The notes beneath the pieces are model-generated. The model was not told the DNA's origin, did not search any database, and worked only from the letters and a program-made list of their open reading frames with translations. Shown piece by piece: positions 12,890 to 27,669 of a stretch of DNA of 64,000 nt. Position numbers and translations under genes: made by a program. Source of the DNA: Octopus sinensis (lineage: Eukaryota); contig NC_043000.1 in NCBI RefSeq assembly GCF_006345805.1, forward strand, positions 24,552,001 to 24,616,000. Reading direction: 5' to 3'. Positions within the stretch are counted from its first letter, which is position 1. Each line of letters starts with the position of its first letter.

Positions 12890-13240
12890 ATCATCATCAC
12901 CATCATTTAACGTCTGCTTTCCATGCTGGCATGGGTTGGACGGTTTGACTGAGGACTGGTGAGCCAGAGGCTGCACCAGGCTCCAATCTGATCTGGCAGA
13001 GTTTCTACAGCTGGATGCCTTTCCTAACACCAACCACTCCAAGAGTGTAGTGGGTGTGTTTTATGTGCCACCGGCACGAGGGCCAGTAAGGCGGTTCTGG
13101 CAATGGGCACGCTCAAAAAGTGTTTACGTGCTATTAGCACGGGAGCCAGTCCAGTGGCACTGGCAACGACCATGCTTGAATGCTGTTTTTCACAAGTCCC
13201 TGGCACATGTGCTGGTAAGACGATGCTGGCAATGATCAGA
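12890..13240 (-). mobile_element. RTE 3' tail / RTE-tailed SINE
   Basis: Conserved terminal gagtggttgg..ttaggaagggcatccagctgtagaaac...gttaaa(tga)n on the minus strand. Confidence 0.85.
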
Positions 13241-13599
13241 CACATTTATATATATACTCTTTTTACTTGTTTCAGTCATTTAGCTGTGGGCCATGCTGGA
13301 GCACCACCTTTAGTTGAGCAAATCGACCCCATGACTTATTTTCTTGTAAGCCTAGCATTTATTCTATCAGTCTCTTTTGCTGATCCGTTAAGTTATGGGG
13401 ACAAAATACTGCTAAGCATTTTGCCTGGCATGCTAACGTTTCTGCCAGCTCACCGCCTTTTTAAAACTAAAATATTATTTTGACAAAGTTATCAACATAT
13501 TCATCAGCCACCATTACAAAGTGGGCGAGTGTTTTAGAAATCTTACTGGGACATCTTATTGTATTATATTACTAGAAACTATCTATAAATAACAATTAA

Positions 13600-14403
13600 C
13601 CATAAGGTGTCAAAATGTAATAAATATAGTTAACAGTTCAATGTAACCCAATTTTTAAGAGGCCAATTTACTTCAATTAAGGGGTTCACATAACCCATTT
13701 GCTTAAGAGTTAATATAGACCAGCTATTAAGAAACCAATATAGCCCAGCTGCAAAGAAAATGATATAGCCAGGCTGTTAAGGAGTTAATATTAGCCCAAT
13801 TGTTATGAGGTTACTGTTAGCCTAGTTGTTAAATAGTCAATATGGCCTAGTCAAAAGTTTAATATAGTTCAATTGTTAAGTGGTCAATGTAGCTCAGTTG
13901 TTAATGGGTTAAAGGGTCAATGTAGCCCAGTTGTTAAAGAATTAATATAACCCAATTAAGTGGTTAATCTAGAGCATATTAATTAGTCAATGTGACCCAG
14001 TTGTTGGGGATGGAAGTTTCAATACAACCCACTGGCTAAGAGGTCAATGTAGCCCATTTGTAAACAGGTCGATATAAGCTAGATGTTAAAATATCAAGGT
14101 GTCCCAATTGCTAAAAGGTCAATGAAGCCCAGTTGTTAAAATGTCAGTGTAGTTTAATTGCGAAAAGGTCAATATAAACCTGTTGCTAAGAGTTCAATAT
14201 AAACTTGTTGCCAAAAAGTCAATGCTAACCTGTTGCCATGAGGTCAATGTGACCCAGTTGTTAAATGGTTAATTTACTCATTTGTTAAGAGGTCAATGTG
14301 ACTTGGTAATTACAGAGTCATTAGTCCAGTTATTAAGAGGTCAAAATAACCCAGTTGTTAAAAGTAGCCCAGTCATTACAAGATCAACATAACCCAGTTG
14401 ACC
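13600..14403. repeat. Degenerate minisatellite, unit about 25 bp (ggtcaatgtagcccagttgttaaga), roughly 30 copies
   Basis: Recurrent cccagttgttaa and ggtcaat at 24-25 nt spacing. Confidence 0.85.
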
Positions 14404-14534
14404 CTTTGCCTGTGCTGTGTATCACGTGATAGACAGGACATATTTTCCCTTTGGAGTCCATGCGTCATATAAGATACACATTCCCAATATTTTATAAACC
14501 AGCAAAGTAACTTGGAACTTATGACAGGAAAATT

Positions 14535-15130
14535 TTATATTACTTAGAACATATGACAAAAAAAGGGCAAACTAAAAGTCTGGAAAGAAACATGGATCAT
14601 CATCATCATCATCCTCATTTAACGTCTGCTTTCCATGCTGGCATGGGTTGGACGGTTTGACTGAGGTCTGGTGAGCCAGCAGCTGCACCAGGCTCCAATC
14701 TGATCTGGCAATGTTTCTACAGCTGAATGCCCTTCCTAACACCAACCACTCTGAGAGTGTAGTGGGTGCTTCTTACCTGCCATCAGCACAGGAGCCAGTC
14801 AGACAGGCCTGGCATCGATCATGTTCGGATGGTGCTTTTTATGTGCCACTGGCATGGGAGCCAGTCAGGCTGACCTGGCATCGATCATGTTCGGATGGTG
14901 CTTTTTACGTGTCACTGGCATGGGAGCCAGTCTGGGGGTATTGGTATCGGCCATGTTCAAATGGTGCTTTTTACATACCACTGGCACAGGAGCTAGTCAT
15001 GCAGACCTAGCATCGATCATATTCAGATGGTGATTTTTATGTGTCACAGGCATGGGAGCCAGTCAAGGGGTATTGGCCACAGCTACGATATTGGCTTTAC
15101 TTGACTCAACAGGTCTTCTCAAGCATACTT
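14535..15130 (-). mobile_element. RTE 3' tail with several tandem UTR modules
   Basis: Same terminal sequence plus repeated ggcatcgatcatgttcggatggtgcttttt units. Confidence 0.85.
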
Positions 15131-15479
15131 ATAAAAATGCTTTGGACAAGCAAAGGGTTAAGGGGTCAATGTGCTAAGAGGTCTTCTGACCTGTCAACTC
15201 CTGTCAAGCCATCCAACCCATGCCAGCTTGGAAAACAATTGTTAAATGATGAAAATGATGATGGTAGTGGTTGAGGTGGCTGTGCTTGTTGTTTAGCCCT
15301 AGATTAACACTGATGATTAGAACTCTGATCAAAGGTGCTCCAGATGTGACCACCCTATCTTTTTAGAAACTACATTATCTAATATGTCCTTCCTTTTCCA
15401 AGTCAGTAGTAATTTGATCTGAAAAAAGATTTGGCTGCTATTTCAAGCAGGCCAATCAACAATGCAGAGCTTCATTCAT

Positions 15480-16530
15480 TCAGATGGTGGTGGTATGTGA
15501 GGTGTCAATGGTCAGACATTAATGGTAGTGATGGTAGTTGTATTGTAGAATATAAATACTGGTGGTGGAGGTGATGGTGGTGAAGGTGATGGTGGTGTAG
15601 CTAGTGGGTGTGGTAATAATTATAGAGCTGTTGGCTGCAATGGTATTAATGAATTGTGCACAACAACAACCGGACAACAAAGATGCACTGTGCATATGCA
15701 AGAGGATGGTGAAGGCAAAGTGCGTTAGGGAAATTTTAACAACAAGATGAAGCTGGAGATGCGAGTCGATGGACAATGCTTCATTTTTCAAAAACGTTAA
15801 TATAACACAAAAGAAAGTTTTTAAATGTTTGCATAGGAAATATAATAAAAAGGCTGAGTGTAATGGTAGCAGCGGTAGTGGTGTCAGTGGTAGTGGGTTG
15901 TGTTGGTAGTAACTAGTTCCGTGGTAGTGCTAGTTGTATCGGTAGTGAGTAGTGTTGGTAGTAAGAAGTGATAGAAGTAGGGGTGGTAATAGTGGTGGAT
16001 GTGGGTGTTGGTGGGAGTGATGGGTGAAAGAGGTGGTGGAGGTGACAGTGATTCTGATAGTGGGTGTTAGTGGTGTTGGGAGGAGTGCTCTGGTGATAGT
16101 GTTGGTCACAGGAGTGATGGTTGTGGTAGTAGGGGTGGTAATAGTGGTGGATGTTGGTGTTGGTGAGAGTGATGGGTAAAAGAGGTGGTGGAGGTGATAG
16201 TGATTCTGGTAGTGAGTGTTAGTGGTGTTGAGGGGGTGCTCTGGTGATAGTGTTGGTCACAGGAATGATGGTCGTGGTGATGGAAGTGGTGGTGTTGGGA
16301 GTGATGGCGGTACCTGTGGTATTAGTCACTGCAGTGGTTGAGATGATTGCAGTTGTGGTGTTTGTTTGTAGTGGTAGTGATAGCAGTTGTAGCAGACACA
16401 ACGACAATGGTACTATGCCGTTACTAGTAGTGTCCATAGAAAATATTAGCTGTGATAGTGGTGGTGGTGGTTGCAGTGGTGGTGGTGGTGGTAGTTATCG
16501 GATAGGTTGTTGCGGTGGTGGCGGTAGTAG
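15480..16530. repeat. GGT/GTA-rich low-complexity tract with a ~151-bp tandem duplication (about 15976-16280)
   Basis: agtaggggtggtaatagtgg at 15976 and 16128; gctctggtgatagtgttggtcacagg at 16087 and 16238. Confidence 0.8.
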
Positions 16531-16689
16531 AGACGGTGTTGACAATAGCATTGGTCATGATATGAAATCTTGTGCAATCGTGCATCTGCATGCATACAAC
16601 TGCACACAAACACAGACACCCATGAACATATGTGCAGCAACAAGCATTAGTAATGTTGGTGGCAAAGGTGTGCATCAACTTAGGCAATC

Positions 16690-17102
16690 ACGCGTGCACA
16701 CATGCAATCAAATACATATGCACACAGTTATTTTCCCTTTTACATACACACACACACACAGTTACTTTCTCTTTCAAACATGCACACACCACACACACAC
16801 ACAGTGTTCTTTTCTCTTATGCATTGTTCCTTTCCCTCACACGCACACACATACACTCAAACATCCCATGGCTATTTTACACTCCTTCTTTCTCTCTCTT
16901 GTTCTCTCACACGCACACACAATCCATTTGTCTCACACACACACACAATTGTTATTATTCACACAAAAAATATACTTCAAACGTTGAGTATCCTAAGAAA
17001 ACACTATTGAGGGGGGGGGGAGAGGGAGGGAGGAAGAAAGAGCTAAAAAAAAGAGAATGAAAAAATGACAAAGAAGAGATAGATTGACAGAACTGTGGGA
17101 AC

Positions 17103-17135
<33 letters not shown>

Positions 17136-17160
17136 ATGGATTAAGAGAATAATTAGTACA

Positions 17161-17225
<65 letters not shown>

Positions 17226-17491
17226 GTGTATGTATTCCAGTGAGTGACAAGTTCAAAGAAGCTATGTTTTGTCATTAAGAATAAAGAACTCAAAGATAAG
17301 TCTCTGAGTGAATAACCATTTAATCCATAAGCACTAGTCTAACAAAATATATTTTGTTGGACAAATGATAGTGTATTTATATATATATACACACAAAAAA
17401 ATATATATTATACATACATATATAAATATATATTACACACACACACACACAGACGATAAGTATGTGTGTGAGCATATATATAAATATATAT

Positions 17492-17524
<33 letters not shown>

Positions 17525-17535
17525 CATACATATAT

Positions 17536-17568
<33 letters not shown>

Positions 17569-17904
17569 TTATGATATAATCATTGAATGGGCCAATCAAC
17601 AAAAACAGCTGCTGAAGACAAAACAATAGGGGAAGTGGGAGGAACCAACATTACTGGCCCAGTTTGGCTGAATTTCTATGGAAAATTATGTCTACCCTTG
17701 CACATTGTTCTGTGTGTATGTGTGTGTGTGTGTGTGTATAAATAGGTGTCGATCTTTCCCTCAGGTGTGACTACACAGAGGTAGAAATGTTAATACATCT
17801 TAAAGTGACAGAAGTTAGAACCTAGTGAGTAAAAGTTGTCATCTCATCAAAGAAGACAATTTCTTCAACATGCATGTACACACATATATACAAACATGTG
17901 AGCC

Positions 17905-17972
<68 letters not shown>

Positions 17973-18459
17973 GCAGACATTTACACGAGGGGGTGGGTGC
18001 TGAAAAGTTCCTGGCTTTGGATACATGAAAATACAAGAGGATCAGTTATAATTATAACTTTATTCAACACATTCCCCTCTCAGATTCACACACTTATTGC
18101 AGCGATCCTTCAGTTTTTCAGAGCCCTGTAAAAGAACTTAGAAGGTTGGGCCTCCTACCAGTCCTTTCGTGATTCCCTTAAAGCACCCACTGGTAAATAC
18201 ATAGATAATAAATATATGTATACATTTATTAACTTTTACAAGGAGAAAGTTGAAGTTTTGCAACTTTGAAGTTTTGACCTCTTTTGCTATCATGAGACTA
18301 TTTGATGAAAGAAAAACAGGCTAAAACTTTGAGGGCTATTAAATGATGAGGATGATGAAGATACTTGATTAACAAGTATTGGGTAATCCTTCTGTACAGC
18401 ACAAATTGTTTTTTCACATATAACTTCACATAAAAAATATTTATAGATGCATATGCATG

Positions 18460-18501
<42 letters not shown>

Positions 18502-18630
18502 CACACACATGCGTACATATATATTATACACATGTGCATACACACATATAGACATATACATATATAGACATATACACATTTATGTATGTATACATATATA
18601 TATACATACATACATACATATATAGACATA

Positions 18631-18672
<42 letters not shown>

Positions 18673-19090
18673 AATATAGACATATGTGCATATACACATT
18701 TGTATATATATATATACACACATTATGTGCATTATATTAATTATATTGTATGTTTATGTATTATATATTATACACACAAATACATATGTGCATTTACACA
18801 CATTTGTTTTTGTCCACTTTCAGGAATTATTTAAATTTACTGTGTGTCCAGTCAAAGAAGATAAAGAAAAATTATCAAGAAAATTGCTTTAACTATTTTT
18901 AGCACAAAAAAAAACACAAAATATTAATCATGTAATTACATCTGTTAGTTTGAGAACTACTTAGTTAACTTAGAAGATAGTACAAAGTAGAACATGCCTA
19001 CAAATTATCTGAACACACACACACATATAAATATTAACATATACATAAACACACACACACACATATATAAATATTAACATATACATACAT

Positions 19091-19133
<43 letters not shown>

Positions 19134-19150
19134 AATATATAAATACATAC
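16690..19150. repeat. Microsatellite cluster (CA, GA, TA, TACA); similar clusters at 52300-52620 and 55750-56064
   Basis: Direct inspection. Confidence 0.9.
17985..18185 (-). mobile_element. Mariner 3'-end fragment
   Basis: TIR-like acgagg..gtgctgaaaagttcctggct. The minus strand reads LKDRCNKCVNLRGECVE*. Confidence 0.7.
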
Positions 19151-22047
19151 ATACATAAACAGAGAAAGATAGTGACAGAAAGGAAACAAAGGTGGGGGGT
19201 TGTATCAAGTTACACGCACTCCTACATCAACAAGGTAAGCGGTGTGTTTAGTAATAGTACAAGTATAATTACTGCTACCGAGTTAGTAAGACGAGAGTAG
19301 TATATGAAATAACCTTATAATTAACATCTCTTAAAAACTCCATACAACAAGCCAACATAAGCTCTTTACAGTTTCCCCTCTGCCCCCTTCCCTCCACCAC
19401 TGCCACTGCAACAACAGATCAGATTCTCATGTTTGGAGTATTTCAATAAAGTTTACCAACTGAAAGGACAATATAAAGCAATAAGTGGGGACTACCAAAG
19501 GTACACATTGTCAGACTCAGTAAATATTTGTTTCACACAATCTGTCTTACCTTTAAATATTTTCTTTTTAAAACAAGACACTAATACTTTTTTCCTAAAG
19601 GAAAACATGGTGCTGTATTGCTACCTGGCCTGACACTTTTTATTTTCTATTGTTGTTTGTTATGAAGCATGCATGCAGTTAGTTGGTTGTTAGAGAGCTG
19701 AGAAGCATCACTAATAATCAACAAGGGAGGTAATGCTAGATGAAGAGAGAGAGTGAGAGGGGTTTTCTAATGAGTGGAGGGGAACAGATATTAATATGGG
19801 GAGAAGAGAAAAGGGGAGAGGGAGCGAAACTGAACGAGGAAGAGGGAGAAAGAAAGGAGAATGCATTAAGGTATAGAGGAGGGGTTATAATGGCAGGAAG
19901 CACAACAGTGTCAAAGTGAAGTCAATTATGGGCAAGATACCTGAGTACATTAGTTCTCATTGGAAGCTGACACCTCATCAAACTAAAGTACTACACAGGA
20001 GTCATTATCAGAGCAACAATTGCATTAGATAAATAAAAAAAATATAAAAATTTCATTATGAAGAATTCTATTATGTATATCATCAGAACACATAATTTAG
20101 GTCCTTAAACAGGATTTAGATTGGATAAACTACTTAAAAAGATGTTTAGATTGAAAAATTTCTACAAAAAAATGATTATATAAGATGTAATATTTGATAT
20201 TAACCCTCGTTCCCCAAATTCTATTGAAATGCAGTGCCTTTGTTTCAATTAATTTCGGAACTAATGAAAGATTCAAGAAAATAACTTTGTCGTTATTAAG
20301 CTGGTGTTTGGAACGTAAAGTTTGCATGAAAGGTTTTAATTTGTATCACTTTAAAACAAAAACTTTGTATCACTGAACCAGGGGTGATATCAGATGAGTT
20401 GGTATGAAAATCAAAATGATTAACCCTTTTGTAACTGTATTTATTTTGAGATGCTTTGTGTTTCTTTCAATTAATTTTAAATATAACAAAGAATTTAGTA
20501 AAAAAAACTTAGTTATCTTTAAGGTAGTGTTAGGAACATAAATTGTGACTAAGGTTTGGTGGAAGATTTTAATTCAAAACTTATGAAAGCAAGACATTTG
20601 TACTACAGAGCCAGAGGCGGTTTCAGCCGGGTTGATATCGAAAGGGTTAAGGTTGCAATGAGCTATTTTATAGAGATATGGCTACTATCTCTAGCAGGTT
20701 GAACAACCACATAGTACCTTCCTTGTTGGTTCAGATGGCTACTATTTTGTGGGCCCACTTGTAGTTATTCAATGAATTCTAGAGAATTGATTAAAAGCAA
20801 AATTGATGCTGGTCGTAATTTGAGTCTAAAATAAAACCAATGTGCTGAATAAGATTCAGTAAAGAATAAAAGCTGAGATTCTATTCTGAGTTTTGTGTCT
20901 CCATAAAAAGACTAATGACTTCATTGTGTCTAACTTAGAGTAAATGTACCTGAAAAGAACATCTTCCATCACAAAAGAAAAAACAGAAAGATTTGAGAAT
21001 GTTGATACCTTTTATCCAGATGTGGCTCATATACTCTTTCTCTTGTACTTGTTTCAGTCATTTGACTGTGGCCATGCTGGAGCACCACCTTTAGTCGAAC
21101 AAATCGACCCCAGGACTTATTCTTTGTAAGCCTAGTACTTATTCTATCGGTCTCTTTTGCCGAACCGCTAAGTTACAGGGACGTAAACACACCAGCATCG
21201 GTTGTCAAGCGATGTTGGGGGAACAAACACAGACGCAAAAACACATACACACCTACATATATATATATTTACATATATACGATGGGCTTCTTTCAGTTTG
21301 GTCAACCCGAGGCTATAGTAGAAGACACTTGCCCAAGGTGCCACACAGTGGGACTGAACCCAGAACCATGTGGTTCGTAAGCAAGCTACTTACCACATAG
21401 CCACTCCTATGGCTATATGTTAACAAATTCTATCTTGTATCTGTTACTTGTTTCAGTCTTTGGATTGTGGCCATGCTGGGGCACTGCCTTGAAAGGTTTA
21501 GTCAAACAGACTGATCCCAGTTCTTATTTTAAAGTCTGGTACTTACTGTACCACTTTTTTTGTCAAATTGCTAAGTTAGGGGGACATAAACAAACCATCA
21601 GTGGTTGTCAAGTGATGGAGGTGGGGAACAAGCAACACAGACACACATACACATATATAAACACACACACACAATGAACTCCCTCACAGTTTCCATGAAC
21701 TCAGTTTACTCAAAGGCATTGGTTGGCCTGGGGCTATAATAGAAGACACTTGCCCAAGGTGCCACACAGTGGGACTGAACCCAAAACCATTTGGTTGCAA
21801 AGTGAACTTCTATAGATGCAGGCACACAGCCATGCCTGCAACTATGCTTTCATTTCATTAATAATTTTCACTAAACATATTAATCTATCTATATATAAAA
21901 GAGCGTTTGTATGTCTGTGTGTGTGTGTCTGTATGTTCCTTATGCATTTGAAAACTGAGTTGCTAATTTTGACATATAGGGTATCAAAAGATTCAATAAT
22001 CTTTTAGCTACCAAATAAACTTTATTTTCATTTACATATTTTCTATA

Positions 22048-22091
<44 letters not shown>

Positions 22092-23259
22092 GGATAATAA
22101 TGATGATTTCAAATTTTTGGCACATGGCCAGTACTTTTTGGAGAGGAGGTAAGTCAATTACATCAGCCCCTGTCATCAACTGGTACTTGTTTTATTGACC
22201 CCGAAAGGATGAAAAGCCAAGTCGACTTCAGAGGAATTTGACCTCTGATCATAAAGATGGAGGAAATGCAGCGAAGCGTTCAGCCCAGCATGAACATTTA
22301 TCATTTTTGGCAAGTCTCAAATTTGAACCATTCCTTGGAGATTTTGTTGAGATTATTTGTCCAGACATGATGAAATATTATAAATATATTTCCTGTTGTT
22401 ATTTTGATTCAAATAACATTTTTGTTAAATTTAAAACTTTAATTAAATCTTTTATTAAATAATCACTTTTGCTATTAAGAAAAATATATAAAAAAAAATG
22501 AAAATTAAATGAAATAATCTTTATTTCTTTTTTGGACAATTTTAAGTTCCATCTGTTTATTTATTTATTTGTATTTTGAATCAAATTATTGTCCATTAAC
22601 ATTGTCTGTTTAGAGATCAAGTTAATTTAAAATCCTACATCAGCAATAAAAAGTCAACAAAAAAAAAGTATTTAAATAAATACTCCTCAAATAAACAATA
22701 TGGTTATTAATCTTCTGCAATGTGAAATATCTTATTAATCAATAATTATTATCATGTACCTAAAAACAGAAAAATAAAAAAAATGTCATGCTAATAAATC
22801 TTGGTAATATGATATCAACAAGAACACAGCCACAGAAATATGGAATATTACTGGAAAGATTCCACGGGAAAATATAACTTGGCTGTTTATAGAAAGAATT
22901 TTAAGTTTTAGAAATCCATGCTTAAGAAAAAAAAAAAGGAAAAAAAAGAGGATATTTGAATATGCAAGGTTTTGAATAATTCAACAAATAAAGATGTGGT
23001 TATTAAAAGGGAAAAACGTTTTTAGGAATAGGCATGGCTGTGTGGTTAAGAAGCTTGCTTTGCAGCCCCATGATTTCAAGTTCAACTCCACTGTGTGGCA
23101 CCATGGGCAAGTGCCTTCACTAGGGCTCTGGATTTTGTAAATGGAAACTATGCAAAAGACTGTTCTGTGTGTGTGTGTGTGTGTGTTTGTGCCCCACCGC
23201 TGCTTGACAACTGATGTTAGTTTGTTTACATTCCTGTGTCTTAGCAGTTTGGTGAAATA

Positions 23260-23484
23260 TTGGGTTGTCCGGAAAGTTCGTGCTGATTTTTAAAGGGAAG
23301 AAAAAGGTCAATAAATACTTGCCATTACATTTTTAATCAACCAAATATGAACCATTTTGTTGCACAATGCGTCTCTATCTTTCCTTTAACTTGAAAATAC
23401 CCTCTTCCCAGAATTGAGGTGCCTGGGAGGGTAAGTTGAAAGGTAAGCTACTATAAATCGGCACAAACTTTCCGGACAACCCAA
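23260..23484. mobile_element. Mariner MITE inserted in a SINE
   Basis: TA|ttgggttgtccggaaagtt ... aactttccggacaacccaa|TA. The internal minus-strand remnant FWEEGIFKLKER*RRIVQQNGSYLVD* is a transposase C terminus. Confidence 0.9.
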
Positions 23485-24100
23485 TAGAAGTAGCAGACTT
23501 AAAAATAAGTACTGGGGTTCATTTATTGAATTAAACCCTTCAAGGCAGTGCCCCAGCATGGCCACAATCCAAAGACTGAAACAAGTAAAACATAAAAGAT
23601 GCAGAACACCATGTGTCTGAAATTAACTTTGGTTTGGATACAACACGATATTAATTAGGAAATTAGCTCCAATTAGTTTCAATAACAAGACACTAAATTA
23701 AAACAAACTATAAAGAATTTAACATAACTGATAAATATTGAATGAATTCTTGGTGAAACAGGAGACAGAACATTATGTCACATCACTAGACATGTCTTGT
23801 AATGGTGAGTCACTAACCAAATGCTACAAGAGTTACATTTAGGAAGCAAATATTTTTTTTATTTTGTGAAATATAGTTTTTTTTTTTTTTTCACACACCA
23901 GAAATTGGTGAAATAGTGTACACAGTAAGATACACTCCTTCATTCTGTAATTTTTTTTTTGTGGTAGTAAAAGCTATTAGTGAAATAATAGCATGTACTT
24001 TGCCAATCTGTCAAAATAATCAAGATCAATGAACATCTGGGCTTCTATTCCAAAAGTGCTTCTGTTTACATATAACTACACACACACACAAACACATTTA

Positions 24101-24167
<67 letters not shown>

Positions 24168-24169
24168 TC

Positions 24170-24206
<37 letters not shown>

Positions 24207-24324
24207 TGTACATATATCCTTTTTATTTATTTCAATCATTTGATTATGGCCATGCTGGAGTACTATCTTTAGTCGATCAATTTGACTCCAGGACTTAGAC
24301 AGTTATATATATATATATATATAT

Positions 24325-24500
24325 ACTCAAAATAAGCAACAAGGATATCCAAAGGTAATGTAGTACAATCGTTTCATGGTACTTCCTTTAATTAAACAAT
24401 GTAAGTATTACATCAGTTTTTTTTACTATAATCACCCCATTTGATTTATATGGATAATACCATACCAAATTCTGGTGCCTTTAACTTAAGTACCATATTC
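24325..24500 (-). mobile_element. Fragment of the same family as 49761-50110, with a decayed HHR (24361-24416, minus)
   Basis: The minus strand has CTGATGT...AAGTACCAT GAAA C GATT G TA CTA. It shares aagcaacaag and ataatcacccc...ttctggtgc...ttaagtacc with the 49.8-kb element and is flanked by (TA)n. Confidence 0.6.
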
Positions 24501-25470
24501 ATCTGAACACACACACACTCGAATCTATTTTTACCTCAGTCATGTAAATAGCTACTCATAAAAAAATTTCTGTCCTAAAGAAAACAAAAAACAGAGAGAA
24601 ACATCAGACCATAAACTATATAAGACAAAAATCACATCTAAAAGACAGATTCTACATCATTTCAACAAATCTGATACAGTAGGTCTTTCATTTCTTTCTA
24701 CTAAACACCCCTTTTCAACACCTCTTGTTGAATCTAGTCTAATTCCACCCAAGCGAAATGCCTCAACTCCAAGTGAACGTTGACCCTGGTCACTGAAACG
24801 GATCACTCCATCAGTCACTCAAGAGAAATGTCAGGCAGATAAACGAATTTGTTTTCATCCCATCAAATGTTGATAGGTTTGTTTACTTTTCCTACTTATC
24901 ACCATGGATCATCACCAACCTTCAGACATGAAGAAAAACATCAGAGAAGACAGTTTAGAGTTGGCTTGAGACAGTGAGGCAGTGAGTGAATTAGATAGCT
25001 TTGTTTATCATGTTGCCATGTCTCACTCTGTCACATTCAAACTCTGTCTGGACTGTCTCTGTCTTATTTGATAAGACAGGGTCAATATATGGCACCAACA
25101 TACCTGTGGTTAATAGTACCAACATACTATACTCTTTACTCTTTTACTTGTTTCAGTCATTTGACTGTGGCCATGCTGGAGCACCGCCTTTAGTTGGTCA
25201 AATCGACCCCAGGACTTATTCTTTGTAAGCATAAGTTGGTATTTATAGCTGATGACATATAACAACACAGAAATACATGAGTCCAATACTCTAATGATGT
25301 CATTCACAATCAGTGTGGGTAGGTACATTTTGGTTATCTTACACCCATTAAAAAAATTGATTTATCTCCCCTAACTAAAAAAATTGTTTAACCCTCAATA
25401 AAACAAAAACAAAAAACAATGAAAAATTAATAAAGATAAAAAGTGAAAAAAATTAAACATCTTATTGAAT

Positions 25471-25893
25471 ATTCTTTTATTCTTTTACTTGTTTCAGTCA
25501 TTTGACTGCGTCCATGCTGGAGCACCACCTTTAGTTGAGCAAATCGACCCCAGGACTTATTCTTTGTAAGCCTAGTACTTATTCTATCAGTCTCTCTTGC
25601 TGAACTGCTAAGTTACAGGGACGTAAACACACCAGCATCGGTTGTCAAGCGATGTTGGGGGGGACAAACACAGACACACAAACATATACATACATACTCA
25701 CACACACACACACACACAAACATACACACATATATATGACGGGCTTCTTTTAGTTTCCATTTACCAAATCCATTCACAAGGCTTTGGTTGGCCTGAGGCT
25801 ATAGTAGAAGACACTTGCCCAAGGTGCCATGCAGTGAGACTGAACCCGGAACCATGTGGTTGGTAAGCAAGCTACTTACCACACAACCACTCC
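25471..25893 (-). mobile_element. SINE family A; further minus copies at ~588-950, 13255-13400, 21031-21407, 21440-21845, 24230-24300, 25130-25235, 30372-30746, 44547-44918, 46041-46252
   Basis: Same head, core and tail sequence. Confidence 0.9.
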
Positions 25894-27669
25894 TATTCCT
25901 CTTATTGAATCTGATAACATTTTTATAACAAATCATACCATGCCTATTGAGGAGGCCAATAGATAACAATGTGTTGAAGTACTGAATCAAAAAGATCTAA
26001 GACCTCTTAATCCAATCTCTTGTTGGCATATAAGCTTAGCTTTTTAGTGGGGAGATAACCCAATTTCTTAATGGCAAAAGTACCTCAGTGTGCTGTCACA
26101 TATATATTGTCTAAGTGGAGAATTTTCTCTCATGACTCTTTCTTCGGGGAAAGGTCTTCTCACATAAAGTATGTTAAATATAACTTTATGCAAATATATT
26201 TTATTCAACACTGCTTCATGTGGTTTTAGCTGAAAACAACTCCAGTTTATGCCAAGGAAGTACCCATATCCAATATACCTGCAGTTGAGTGATTAGGGTT
26301 TTGGGCTCATGATCATAAGGTCATGGTTTCAATTCTTAGACAAGACAATTCATTTTAAAATGCTCCAGTCCAATCAGCTTACAATGAGTACCAGCAATAG
26401 CTTGGAGTTAACATTGTGATGGACAGACATCCTGTCCATAGAAATTCTCCAAGGGCCACTTTTTTGGTTTTAATGAGGGGTCAATATTCATGACATTTCC
26501 AAGTCCTCCAACACCCCAGTTCATATTAAAAATACATGAAACCAATATTATAATTAAAAGGCCATTTTACTTCATTTCTGTTACTAAGGTGATTTTGTCT
26601 TCCACCCTTCCAGGAATTGAAGTATAAAGTACCAGTCAAGTACCGAGTTGATTTAATAAACAAAACCCTTTCCTAAAAATTAGAGCAGCCTTGTGCCAGT
26701 GTTAAAAATCAATACACTTATGGAAAACACAAATGTGATACCATTTGCCTTCCCTATCAAAGAAAACCTAAACATAACGTTGTGTTTGCAAGAAATCAAT
26801 ATAATACATTATGCAATTATGAATTTTAAAATATCCGCGATCAAATTTGCGATCTGCATCTCAATACATAATTAATATTTTACAAAAATAACTTACATCT
26901 GGGTTTTTACCTCAGTTCATGTTTTCTAATAATGTTTACAATGGAAAAACAAAATGAAACACACACACACACACACATAAAAAAACCCAAAAAAACACTC
27001 TAAACGGCAAATAAAAAGCTGTAACAATTCTTGTGTTGCATCCTATTAAAATTCTAGGAAATTAGAAAATAAATGTTTAATCATTAACATAATGATTATT
27101 TGACAAAGACTCTGTTGAAGATGCAAACTGCAACAACAACAACAATACCAATAAACTATACAAATATCATTGGAAGAATTAAATAAATTGGCTACAAAGC
27201 ATTGGTAAAAACTAATATATTTTTATACTATTTCTTGCTGGTTGAAATAATAATAGTTCTTTCTAATTTTGGCACAAGGCCAGCAATTATGAAAGAAAGG
27301 GTTAACTGATTATATCTACCCTAGTGCTCGATTGGTACTTATTTTACTGGTGCTGGTAAGGTGAAAGGCAAAAACATGGTCAATCATAGCAGAATTTGAA
27401 CTTAGTAAGTAAAGCCAGAAGAAATGTCTGCAGGTATTTTGTCCAGCATGGTAATGAATCTGCCAACTTGCCACCATAATAATAATCCTTTCTATTGTGG
27501 GCACAAGGCCTGAAATTTGGGGGAGGGGGATAGTTGATTACATCGACCCCAGTGTTTCACTGGTACTTAATTTATTGACCCCGAAAAAATGAAAGGCAGG
27601 TTTGAAATCAGAATGTAGAAACGGGCGAAATACTGCTCAGCATTTTGTCCAGTGTGCTAACGACTATAA

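Noticed and set aside
16219-16437. Signal-peptide plus mucin-like Thr-rich ORF on the minus strand
   Set aside because: It arises from ACC/ACT low-complexity sequence. The ~151-bp duplication is not frame-preserving and stops interrupt it.
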